Origin: Octopus vulgaris | Taxonomy: Eukaryota | Assembly (NCBI GenBank): GCA_951406725.2 | Contig: OX597823.1 | Location: 95,604,001 to 95,668,000 of the forward strand | Reading direction: 5' to 3' | DNA length: 64,000 nt | Shown here: positions 28,086 to 40,627 of the stretch, in pieces | Layout of the letters: each line of letters starts with the position of its first letter | Position numbering within the stretch: position 1 is the stretch's first letter | Notes under the pieces: generated by a model | The model's database searches: none | What the model was told of the DNA's origin: nothing | What the model saw: only the letters and a program-made list of their open reading frames with translations | Translations under genes and position numbers: made by a program

Positions 28086-28978
28086 CACGTAAAAGGCACC
28101 ATTCGAGCGTGATTGTTACCAGCGTCACCTTACTGGCACTCGAGCCCTGTGTTAGTAGGGTATTAAGAGCACCATCCAAGCGTGATCATTGCCAGAGCAG
28201 CTATCTGGCCTCCGTGTCGGTAGCACGTAAAAGACACCATTCGAGCGTGATCATTACCAGCATCGCCTTACTGGCACCTGTGCCGGTGGTATGTGTAAAA
28301 AGATTCGAGCGTGGTCATTGCCAGTACTGCCGGACTGGCCCCATGCTGGTGGCATGTAAAAGTACCCACAACACTCTTGGAGTGGTTGGCGTTAGGAAGA
28401 GCATCCAGCTGTAGAAACTCTGCTAGATCAAGATTGGAGCCTTGTGCAGCCATCTGGTTTGCCAGTCCTCAGTCAAATCGTCCAACCCATGCTAGCATGG
28501 AAAGTGGATGTTAAACGATGATGATCATGATGAGGATGTATATATGAAGGGCTTCTTTCAGTTTTCATCCACCTTTTCTACTCACAAGGCTTTGGTTGAC
28601 TCAAGATTATAGTAGAAGACATTTGCCCAAGGTGCCACACAATATGACTGGACCCAAAATCATGTGTACCTTGGATCGCAGGACGGCCTGCTGTGCTTAC
28701 CTTGGATTGTAGGGCAACCTGCTGTGCTTGAGGAGACCTATTGAGTCAAGTACATCAACATCAAAATAAAAATCAAATAGAAATTGTAGTTGTGATACCT
28801 GTGCTGGTGGCAAGTAAAAAGCACCCATTACACTCACAGAGTGGTTGGCATTAGGAAGGGCATCCAGAACACTGCCAGATCAGACTGGAGCCTGTGCAGC
28901 CTCCTGGCTACCCAGGCCCCGGTCGAACCATCCAACCCATGCTAGCATAGAAAATGGACATTAAACGATGATGATGAT
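28086..28978 (+). mobile_element. Two non-coding RTE 3'-tail elements (28086-28535, ~28665-28978)
   Basis: GTAAAAAGCACC subrepeats, TGGTTGGCGTTAGGAAGGGCATCCAGCTGTAGAAAC, CCATGCTAGCATGG hairpin and (TGA)n. More than 15 other copies occur, e.g. 322, 557, 9222, 16262, 26095, 26785, 31641, 34815, 41887, 43004, 45455, 47930, 49166, 51244, 58734. Confidence 0.85.
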
Positions 28979-28983
28979 ATGTA

Positions 28984-29032
<49 letters not shown>

Positions 29033-29394
29033 ACAAAAAGAGGGAGAAAGAGCAGTTAATGTGTTCAACGGCTGTTATTTTTAAAATAAAACTAAAATAA
29101 AAACAAACTTTTCTCTTTGGTACGAAAATGATGTAAGGTGGATAGAATAAATGAAGTCTATTTTTTAGTTACTGTGGTCAATACAAAACTAGTTTCTTGA
29201 TTAATGTACAAACTAAGTAAATCAATTAAAAAAAATTGATTTAATTTAGAAGCACATTTTCTGATCTCCACTTGTGTATGCTGTAATTTAAGAAAAATAT
29301 AATAACTATAAAATATATTTACCTTCATTTATCCACATCAATTCATAACCCAAGATAATCAGTATATTGCTCTTTCTCCATCTCTTTGTCTTTA

Positions 29395-29437
<43 letters not shown>

Positions 29438-29534
29438 TAATTTACCGCTATCAGCCCACCAACAGATTAAAAAGCATGTTTGAATGTGGATGAAGAAGTA
29501 TGTATCTTCTCCCTCTCTTATTTTTTCAATATAT

Positions 29535-29538
29535 GTGA

Positions 29539-29570
<32 letters not shown>

Positions 29571-29575
29571 TATAT

Positions 29576-29671
<96 letters not shown>

Positions 29672-29990
29672 TATGTATGTATAATATATATATGTATGTG
29701 TGTGTATATATATATATATGTATATATATTATATATATATATGTATATATATAATATATATATATGTATGTATAATATATATATGTATGTGTGTGTATAT
29801 ATATATATATGTATATATAATATATATATATATATGTATGTGTGTGTATATATATATATATGTATACATAATATATATATATATATGTATACATAATATA
29901 TATATATATATGTATACATAATATATATATATATATATGTATGTATATATAATATATATATATGTATACATAATATATATATATATATAC

Positions 29991-30051
<61 letters not shown>

Positions 30052-30119
30052 CATACATACATACATACATATATATATATATACATACATACATATATAT
30101 ATATATACATATATATATG

Positions 30120-30180
<61 letters not shown>

Positions 30181-30200
30181 CATATATACATACACACACA
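29535..30200. repeat. Compound (TA)n/(TATG)n microsatellite
   Basis: Directly visible. Confidence 0.95.
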
Positions 30201-30335
30201 GATGCATGTTTATATAGTTATCTAAGAATCTACATGTCAGGAAAATATGCACTCATATGTTTTCCAGTAGAGTAGGTATCTTAATCAGCATATACAATAT
30301 TGTAGATCCATTACATTGGACCTTACCAACTGGTT

Positions 30336-30480
30336 TCGCACCGGATATTAGTTAACAAGGCAGCTGTCTAATACACATGCTCTTAGGAGAGCAGTTGCTA
30401 TGTTTTTTTTTTCCATACGAGCATCTCTGTAGGCATGTATATTAGATAGCCACCTTGTTATTTAATATCATCCGGTGTGA
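30336..30480. repeat. Imperfect ~145-nt hairpin (small MITE or structured RNA)
   Basis: CACCGGATATTAGTTAACAAGGCAGCTGTCTAATACACATGC pairs with GCATGTATATTAGATAGCCACCTTGTTATTTAATATCATCCGGTG. Confidence 0.7.
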
Positions 30481-30697
30481 ATCTGATTGATAAGAATGGC
30501 TGTAATACTGTATCCTTCATCATCATCATCATTTAACATCTGTTGCTCATGCTGGAAAGGGTTGGACTATATATACATGTGTATGTATATATATGTTTAT
30601 ATATATGTTATACGTGTGCATATATATATGCATATATGTGTATATATACATGTGTGTGTGTGTGTTTATATAAATGTTTATATATATAATATATATG

Positions 30698-30733
<36 letters not shown>

Positions 30734-31959
30734 TATATTTATATCTATCTATCTAGTGTCAAAAATATATATATATGTGTATTTGCACATGCAGGCACAT
30801 GCTTGCACACACACAGAGACACAAACACACACACACACACACACACACACATTGGAGCAGGATGCAGTTTTTGAACACATTGGATCCTGTCAAACACTAT
30901 CCAACCCAAACCAGCATGGAACATAGGTGTTATATGAAGATAATGATGACAATGACGATATATATGCATGGTGGCTGCCCCCTCGTTATCGAGTATGGCC
31001 ATTGCACGAAGCTTAATCAATGATGTTATCATGCAATGCCTGTGCAAGAAGATTTTTTTTAAAGTGAGGAAAGGCTGTGCACAGAGTCAATCCCACTCAC
31101 TAAGCAACAGCAGCCATAATCCGAAAAGAAGAACATGTCAACATCATCGGTAACCACTGAGCCGCAGGTTTTATATCGGAGTCATCCCAGTTACCTGAGT
31201 TACCTTCTCCTAGAAGGATACCCTAACAAAGGCTAGGAGTCCTTCACTCCCAATGGTTTAACCGCGCAATCTGGTTTTCAGTCCAATTATTTCTATGTCC
31301 TCATGCATGATACAGCCTTATGACATTTATTGGATGGCCATTGACTCTCAAGAGTTCCTCTGCCCTTTGACGGGTTTTGTTTTTCATCCTGCAGGGTGTC
31401 CAATAAACACCCTCCTCATCAAGCAAGCTTGGTGGGGTTGCCAGTTTAGTCGCCGACGGCCCGACCATGCAACAGGTTGTACTGGGTTACATGTTACCAG
31501 TAGCACTCGAAAGTGACCTGACATAATATACATACATACATATATATATATATATGGATGGATAGATGGATGAACAAATGGATGGACAGACAGACAGAAG
31601 ATTATATATATACGTATGTATGCTTGTGTATATATATATGTCATCATCATCATCATCATTTAACATCCGCTTTCCATGCTGGCATGGGTTGGACGGTTTG
31701 GCTGAGGGCTGGCAAGCCAGAAGGCTGCACCAGGCTCCAGTCTGATCAGGCAAAGTTTCTACAGCTGGATGCACTTCCTTACGCCAACCACTCCAAAAGT
31801 GTTGTGGGTGCTTTTTACGTGCCATCGGCACGAAGGTCACTCAAGCAGTACAGGCATCAACCACACTCGAATGCTGCCCTTTATATGCCACCAGCATGGG
31901 AGCCAGTCAGGCAGCACTGACAACTATATGTATCTTTGTATTATGTATATGTGTGTATG

Positions 31960-32022
<63 letters not shown>

Positions 32023-32986
32023 ATATAAAGTATGTCGTAACCAAATATGAGCAAAGATTAACTCTTTCCAGTTGAGAAAACTGATTACTCGTTTTACTTA
32101 GCTTGCCATATTCAGTTTCATTTCTACAGACTAAATCTGGCAACCATAAAGATAATGTTTATTAATTAAACCTTTTTGTAGACACCTAATAAGACAGATT
32201 CATTTTAACGAGGAACATAAAGAATATGTTATCAATTAAAATTCCTAAAAAAAAAAGAAAAATACATCAGAAACTCAAAAATAATTGGAAAATATATTTG
32301 ATGAGAGGTAACTATGTGTTCAGGTGTTCTGTGGTAAGAATTTGCTTCCCAACCACATGGTTCCAGGTTCAGTTGCACCATGTGGCACCTTGGGCTAGTG
32401 TCTTATACTATAGCCTCGGGCTGACCAAAGCTTTGTGAGTAGTGTAGTAGGTGGAAACTGAAAGAATCCCATCTGCATGTGTATGTCTTTGTGTCTCTAT
32501 TTGTTCCCCCTCCACCACCACCACCACCATTTGACAACTAGTGTTGGTTTGTTTATGTCCCCATAACTTAGCAATTTGGCAAAAGAAATCGATAGAATAA
32601 GTGCCAGGCTTGAGAAAATAAGTACTGGGATCGATTCATTCGATTAAAAATTCTTCAAAGTAGTGCCCCAGCATGGCCACAGTCAAATGACTGAAACAAG
32701 TAAGAGATAAAATATAAAGAAAAGATTGATCTTTACTACAGTCCCTGTTACCTTCTCAGGGTTGAAATGCGATAGAATTACTGACGAAGACGACAACGAC
32801 TGTCATCATCATTTTTAAATGTCCATTTTCCCATGCTTGCCTGGGTTGGACAAAGCTCACTGAAGCAGATTGTTTGCAGCCAGTTACCGTTTCTGTTCTT
32901 AGCCCCCACCTCTTCTAATATGTTGTTTAGTTGCAGGGATCAGACGAGAAACCAAGACTTCAAACTGATATAATTGATTTCATTTT

Positions 32987-33229
32987 TAGTGGTTCTCAAC
33001 CATTTTGTTTTACATATGATGTATGTGATCCCTACTTTACCCTACTGGACCTACATAATCATATGCTCTACACCAAAACACAATCTTACTGTACTTTTAG
33101 AATGAAATATTTTTAGGAATTGTGTAAAATAATTTAAAATGTTTTGTGCATTGTAGAAGTACAACCAATTTATTTTACACATAAATTTTAACAACAAACC
33201 CTTATATGGACCCTGGATGAGAACCACTG
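32987..33229. mobile_element. hAT (Charlie-like) MITE
   Basis: Termini TAGTGGTTCTCAACC / GATGAGAACCACTG. Confidence 0.7.
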
Positions 33230-33395
33230 GTTTATATTATCTTATTGTAGCCTGAAGATGTTCACCAAAGGGTTTAAATTAGACTTGTTTGATCTGTTGG
33301 AAACAACAGCTAAATCTTCCTCAGATTACACTCAGCTGTTTTAGAAAAAAAGGACACCTTGAATAATGTTATCTGTCTCTGATCTCACGAACCTG

Positions 33396-33760
33396 CTCCC
33401 AATTTCTGGGAGAAAAAGAAGCAGAGCTCATAAGACAATGGCAGAAGCAAGTAAGACGAGTTCCAACTGGACTTGGTTAAGGAAAAATGGAAATGAATTT
33501 CAGAAGGCATAATTTACTGTTTGTACAATAGGCATCTTAGACAGAAATGGTTATGACATGTGAAGTACCTTGACTCTGGGACACCCTGACTACCCAAGAA
33601 GGTGTAAGTTTCAATATAGACAGTAACACAGGATATGGCAGCAGAAGGGTATCCAGGGGTCATGGACCGGATGCAGCCTGACCTTTTTAGAGTGTAAGGG
33701 GATAAGGGCTGAAACATTTGCATGATGGAGCTTGAGGCTTCTTCTCTGAAGACCTTCAGC
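33396..33760 (+). mobile_element. HERO-like RLE retrotransposon 3' relic (ORF end + 3' UTR)
   Basis: 33396-33512 reads LPISGRKRSRAHKTMAEASKTSSNWTWLRKNGNEFQKA*. From memory this resembles the HERO terminus (GITGRERRRA...AERASRWLWLRR). Confidence 0.45.
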
Positions 33761-36078
33761 TGTTCAGTTGTACCTTCAGTCTCTTACTACCCTACCCTAT
33801 ATATATTATATCTGACACAAAAAAAAAGAAATCAAAAAAATGAAAGCCCTGATGGAATGGTCACAGCTTGGAATGTTTTTGATAAGTCTGTTGGATGAAG
33901 GCTGATTTGGGAGGGGAAGAATGACAGGTAAACATTAGTGAAATGAGTTTGTAAATTCGATTTTTTGGTTTATTAACAACCATTTCAGTAGTGCACTTGG
34001 AGGTGGCATAAATACAATAGCACCGATTTCATTTTATTCCTCTTTGGTGCCATACTTTACTGTTTCCTGCAAAGGCAACAGCAAACCATTCTAATGACAG
34101 GGACTTCAGAAGATATGCCTGAAAATATACGTAATTCATTAGGGACCAAAAAATGGATAGTTTGAAAGTTGCTGCATGAGAGAGCCAGAGTTGTTGTTGA
34201 GGAATGCAGATTTAGAGATAGATAGACAGAGAGAGAGAGAGAGAGAGAGAAAGAGAAAGAGAAAAGACTGATAGAAATGAGAGAGGGAGTTGCAGATGAA
34301 TATAGCTTTATAATCACTTTAGATTATTAACCACTTAGCATTTAATCTGGCCATATCCAGCCCAAATATTCTACCTGTGTTATGTTGAAACTGACCAGAT
34401 TCAATCTCTCACACCTACCTTTCAACATCATTCAAAAATATACAAACACACCATTGAAATCTTGAAGCTACAAGAGAATGTGTGATAATTCCAAACAATG
34501 TGAAGAAATAAGCATCACATTTGACAGAATAAGCTGAATGCAAAAAGGTTAAATTCCTCTGAACTTTTTTGACACAAACTTGCCTGAAACTGCTCTTGGT
34601 TTTATGATTCAAATTCTGTTTTAAAATTATCTTAATTAAAACCTTTCATCAAAATTTCATGTTAATTTATGTTCCATATAACAGCTTAATAAAGACAAAA
34701 TTATTTTACTAAATTCTTAATTATTTTTAAAATTAATTGAAACAATGACAGTGTCTTTCAACAGAAATACCCTACAACATGGGTTCAGTGTCACATGACC
34801 AGCCAACTCAAAAAGTACCCTTAGATTGTAGGGCGACATGCTGTGCTTGAGAAGACCTATTGAGTCAAGTATATCAACATCAAAATGAAATCAAATCACA
34901 ATCAAATGGAAATTGTAGTTGTGGTCTCCGTGCTGGTGACTCATAAAAAGCACCATCCGAACATGGCCGATACCAGCACCACCTTCACTGGCTCTCATGC
35001 CAGTGGCACGTAAAAACCACTATTCAAACATGGTCGATGCCAGCACCACCTTGACTACCATCCAAAAAGCCCCAACTGGCTTCTGTGCCGGTGATATGTA
35101 AAAAGCACCATCCAAACGTGGCCGATGCCAGCACCACCTTCACTGGCTCCTGTGGCAGTGGGATGTAAAAAGTACCCACTACACTCTCGGAGTCGTTGGT
35201 ATTAGGAAGGGCATCAAGCAGTAGAAACCTTGCCAAATCAGATTGGTGCCTGGTGCAGCCTCCTGGCTTTCCAGACCCAGTCGAACCGTCCAACTGATGC
35301 CAGCATGGAAAACGGACATTAAACGATGATGATGATGATGATGATTTATATTTACACTATATTTCAATATTGTTTCAGACTCCATTTACCACCAGGTGTC
35401 TCATTTGTGAATGGTTACATTCATCTAAGGCTGGACACAAACTAGGAACTGTTTATTTTCAAATTAAGGTTATTAAACATCCCTCTTCATTGACAGTGGC
35501 TCAGTGAATAATGATAATGGAATCTCTTTAGCGCAATTTTAGTTATGTTAAGAATGTGGATGAAAGGAAGGACTAAAAGTTTATTTTTCAAATGAAGGTG
35601 GGGGGGGTTGTGAGTTGGGATAGGAGTGGTTGGAGCAGCAAGGACATAGATTTATTAGTTAGCCTTTCTTGTCGCACAGCAAGGAGTGGCAAAGTGAGAT
35701 TTTCTGAATCAGCAAAGCAAACAAGAGTCACAGAAGACATGCAAAGAGAGCTGTGTAAAATAAACATTCGAGAAGCTAACACCTGCTTTATTTGGGAGAG
35801 CGTCTCCTTCTGTGTCCGTTTCAGTGCTGGCTGTTTGTGAATCTGACTTATATTCATATTCATTTTATGTACATTCATACATACAGACATATAAATATGT
35901 GTGTGTGTGTATACATACATTTTTATGTATACTTATATAAATAAATACATGTATATACATTATATTATATATATATTAATAATAATATGACAACAAAAGA
36001 ATGAATGAGACTTCGATATTATGTAAAATAGAGGAATTTATCTATAAATATAATATGTGACAATTAGTTGGTTGTCAT

Positions 36079-36140
36079 AATAAAACTCAAAGTTTCGGAT
36101 GCCAGAGTCTGAAGTCTGCTCCGACATCTCATCAGTTATT
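36079..36140 (-). ncRNA. Type I hammerhead ribozyme motif within a fold-back (36066-36206)
   Basis: AAUAA-CUGAUGA-GAUGUCGGAG..CUCUGGCAUC-C-GAAA-CU-UUG-AG-UU-UUAUU. All core residues are present; stem II has one extra C. The + arm (36142-36206) is a degenerate copy. Confidence 0.7.
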
Positions 36141-36300
36141 GAGAGATGCTGGAGCAGACTTCAGCCCCGGCATCCAAAACCCTGAGTTTTATTATGACAA
36201 CCAACTGTGACATATTATATATACATATATGTGTGTGTGTGTGTGTGTGTGTATACACGCACACACACACACACATATATATATATAAATATATATATAA

Positions 36301-36343
<43 letters not shown>

Positions 36344-36347
<4 letters not shown>

Positions 36348-36533
36348 CTTATAACACCACCAAGGGATGCACCATAACCAGTCACACAGTATCCCACCCA
36401 TGAGGAATCAATGCAGGATGCGTTGAAATGATTGATGTGAGCAACAAAGTTTCTCATCTATTCCATTTTCCATCTCTACCATTTGTTTTATTTATGTATG
36501 TGTGTATGTATGTATCTATTTATATAAGTATGC

Positions 36534-36589
<56 letters not shown>

Positions 36590-36604
36590 CTATTTATATA
36601 AGTA

Positions 36605-36644
<40 letters not shown>

Positions 36645-36850
36645 TACTTATATAAATAGATACATACATACACACACACACACACATACACACATACATA
36701 AATAAAACAAATGGTAGAGATGGAAAATGGAATAGATGAGAAACTTTGTTGCTCACATCAATCATTTCAACGCATCCTGCATTGATTCCTCACGGGTGGG
36801 ATACTGTGTGACTGGTTATGGTGCATCCCTTGGTGGTGTTATAAGGGGTA
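36344..36850. repeat. Near-perfect long palindrome with TA-rich centre
   Basis: ~155 bp of unique sequence plus microsatellite are mirrored. Only about 2 differences were seen in the unique part. Confidence 0.9.
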
Positions 36851-37294
36851 TCTCATTAAATAAAACACTGTTTCACTCAGGTTTAATACACCATGTTGTT
36901 AGTGACAGTATGTTTAAGCCAACTCAAAGCACACTGAATAATTCCCACCGATGTAGATCCAGTGATAATTGTATTAATACTGTAGATGATGTCCAGCAGC
37001 TATGGGCAGTGGATGTTCTTCATCGGCTACGAACATACCCAACACATATATATACACACTCCTATATTCTTTTATTCTCTTCTTTTAGTCATTTGACTGC
37101 AGCCATGCTAGAGCACCACCTTTAGTCAAATAAATCGACCTCAGGACTTATTCTTTTGTAATAATAATAGTAATAAAAAATATAATAATCAATATAAACA
37201 AAAGTGAACACATAATAAAATAAAATACAAAGATAAATAAACAAATGGAAGTAAATAACTATATACATTTTTTTAATTATTATTATTATTATTA

Positions 37295-37336
<42 letters not shown>

Positions 37337-37960
37337 CATACATACATACATACATAATAATAATAATAATGATAATGATGATAATAATAATAAGTAGGTG
37401 TAAACACATGAACAAAATAAAAATAAACAAAAACAAATTACACGAACTTATATAAACAGGAGATACAAATATTACAGGCACTTCCCCCCCCCCCCATACA
37501 CGCACACACTAACTAAACATAGACACACATAGGGGTATACGCCATGCGCAAATGAAAACACATACAATAGGAATACAAAATACAAAATGGCTGACCGTTA
37601 GTAAGGAGAGACACAAATAAGAAAGAAGAAAGCAAAGGACTACAGATGCAGTCACAGGAGTGTGACGAAAGAACTCTGGCCGAAATAAGATTAAGATTAA
37701 TGTAAAAAATAAATAACGCTGAAGCAAAGTAACACCAAATATATAGTGCGAAATATAACAATATCTGTTTCAACACACGATTTCACATCAAAAAATCTTG
37801 CAAAACAAATATATAAATGTATATATATGTGTGTATATATTCAAACATATAAGGGATGGCCATAATAGGACATCCGACTCACTAGAAAGAGCAGCTAAAC
37901 TCCAAACCACTAATAGTTGTAATTCTGAAATGGAAAGAGAAATAAAAACGTTTACCCTCT

Positions 37961-38046
37961 CCTTTCTGGACTATGCATAGTTTCGGCAATCTTTTGTAAA
38001 TAAAGTAAATTTATTTACCACTGGCGTTGCCTCTTCAGCAGAAAAG
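37961..38046 (-). ncRNA. Intact type I hammerhead ribozyme with palindromic stem III (Penelope-like)
   Basis: CUUUUCUG-CUGAAGA-GGCAA..UUGCC-GAAA-CUAUGCAUAG-UC|CAGAAAGG. 8-bp stem I, 5-bp stem II with extension, GUC triplet. Confidence 0.85.
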
Positions 38047-38499
38047 CCAAGGTCTACCATATGTTCACGAGGCGATAACAAACATGCCTTGAGTCCATAT
38101 GCTATAAATTTTCAAAATCCACCACACTCGCGCGGTTTTCTCAGCAGTAAATATAAACTGCCGGTTTAATTTCAAAATTAGCCAAAAAATCATTATGTAT
38201 ATATGTGTGTACATGTCTTTGTGTCTGTGTCTGTCCCCCAACCCCCACTTGACCACAGGTGTTGGTGTGTTTATGTCTCGATAACTTAGCAGTTCAGCCA
38301 AAGAGACTGATAGAATAGGAACCAAGTTTATAAAAAAATAATTACTTGGGTCAATTCTTTTGAGTTAAAATTCTTGAAGGCGGTGCCCCAGCATGGCCAT
38401 GGTCTTATGACTGAAACAAGCAAAAGAATAGATCTGTCAAAGTAAATGTCACTTCTTCCTTCTTCCAAAAACACACTTTTTCCATCCTTTATTTGCCTG

Positions 38500-38872
38500 C
38501 CTCGCAATGGCCAGTGGTTAGGGAAGTGGACTTGTGGTTGTAGGATCGCAGTTTCGATTCTCAGACTGGGCGTTGTCAGTGTTTATTGAGCAAAAACACC
38601 TAAAGCTCCACAAGGTTCCTGCAGGGGATGGTGGCAAACCCTGTTGTACTTTTTCACCACACCTTTCTCTCACTCTTCCTGTTTCTGTTGTACCTGTATT
38701 TCAAAGGGCCAGCCTTGTCACACTCTGTGTCATGCTGAATCTCCCCAAGAACTGCATTTAGGATACACGTGTCTGTGGAGTGCTCAGCCACTTGCACGTT
38801 AAGTTCACGAGCAAGCTGTTCTGTTGATTGGATCAACTGGACCCCTCGTCGTTGCAACCAACGGAATGCCAC
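38500..38872 (+). mobile_element. tRNA-derived SINE family C with TSD
   Basis: Homologous to 25613 and 60282; flanked by ATTTG(C/T)CTGCCT. Confidence 0.85.
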
Positions 38873-40150
38873 ATATTTGTCTGCCTGACCCCCACCCCCC
38901 ACCCTCATCCGTTCTTTCTCTCTGGCTTGCCTCTATCTTTATTTGCTTTTTCACTACTAGTTTCTCTCTTTGCCTGCTTATTTGCCTTTCTGTTTGTGTC
39001 TGTATGTGTGTGTGTGTGTACCTGTGTGTCTGTCTGTCTGTCTTGCTGTTTCTGTTCTTGCCTCTTTCCATCTGTTGCACTTTTAATATATCATGTGTGT
39101 GTGTCACAGAAGTTGGTCAAGTTATCAAATGCATTGCATTTCTTAATTGTATCACTCAGTGTGATGTAATTCCTCTTCTATGTTAAAGAAACACATATCT
39201 GAGCGAATGGTGGGACACACACATGGAGATATATATATACACACACACACATACATACATACATACATCTATACGATGGGCTTCTTTCAGTTTCCGTCTA
39301 CCAAATCCACTCACAAGGCTTTGGTCATCCTGAGGCTATAGCAGAAGACACTTGCCCAAGGTGCCACGCAGTGGGACTGAACCCAGAACCATGTAGTTGG
39401 GAAGCAAACTTCATAGTGCACAGCCATCACAAAAGATATTGAATTGTTATCTCCAAGGTAAACTCAGTAGAAAAGTGGACAAAATGTTTTGAGTTATATT
39501 TAACAAAGTCTTTGCATTTGAGTTCAAATCTTGCTGAGGCTGATTTTACTTGTTATCCTCCTGGGGTCAATAAAATATAGTACCAAGAGGCATGTGGTTT
39601 AGTGGTTAAGATGTTGCCCTCTCAGTAGCCAGGTCCTGAGTTCGATTCTCATGCTGGGTGGCACATTGTGTTCTTGAGCAAAACACTTCATTCTACACTG
39701 CTCTGCAGATGGGAGAGTGGCAGAATTGTTAGCATTTTGGCAGAAGTGTTTTACAATATATCTTCTGGCTCTCTACATTCTGAGTTCGAATCCTACCTGC
39801 CTGGAGAAGGCAATGAGAAACCACTCCTGTATTCATCTTAAGTCTAGTCAGGGTAGTGAAGTGTCTAGTAATCCACTTAACAGTGAAAAAGGAGGGTACA
39901 GGCCCTCTCAGATCGTATAGAGAGTGCTGGAAAAAGTTCACATGTACAGGACCTGCCCAAGTGCAGACCACCACTAGACTAGACCAATTAAGTACTAGAT
40001 TGATTTAGTTGATTATACACTTTTCCCTCAAAATTCATGTCCATAATCATCATCATCATCATCATCACTACATTTTGTAGATTTGTGAAATTTGATCTGC
40101 TATTTTGAATGACTAAATTAATTCTGTTTCGTTTGTATTTTGAACACTAG

Positions 40151-40627
40151 ATATTTACACTAACCAACTACCATTTGACTATCAGTACCCATACTCTTTG
40201 TCTGACGAACTCATTGACTTCTATGAAGACACTGATGCTGCAGACAGATTAGATTATTATCAAGAGGATTCTTCTGTGTTGTGGCAACACCAACTGAATG
40301 AAGCTAAGAACTATAAATCTCATTCTTCGTTTCAACATGACGATTCATCACAACATTTCCTGCCTCACAGCCCCCAATCTGGGCCTCTTCAATCAAAAGT
40401 TCGGATGCTATCGGCACCCTTCAGAAGTGAGTCACGAGCAAAGATCAAAGATGCCTTCATCCGAGGAAAGGATTACCTTATGATGAAAGTTCAAGACTAC
40501 CAGCAGAAAATCCGTTCCAATATGAATACTAAGCTAGAAACAGTTCACCCAAACAGTTCTATTTCTGATCATTACCATTCTCAACAAGAATTCAGTGACA
40601 TTAGGAACTGTACCATGTTACACACAG
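40151..40627 (+). CDS. Internal coding exon (477 nt, phase 1-1) of an unidentified protein: DIYTNQLPFDYQYPYSLSDELIDFYEDTD...NCTMLHT
   Basis: ACTAAA branch-like site, T-rich tract and CTAG acceptor; CAG|GTAAGA donor. 159 codons without a stop in non-repetitive, protein-like sequence (overlaps ORF 40198-40695). No domain recognised. Confidence 0.8.

Noticed and set aside
28086-28375. CRISPR-like spaced repeats
   Set aside because: Degenerate tandem units inside a dispersed eukaryotic retroelement tail, with no unique spacers and no cas genes.
35592-35840. 82-aa ORF in unique sequence
   Set aside because: No convincing splice sites or recognisable motif; an overlapping antisense ORF of similar length suggests chance.
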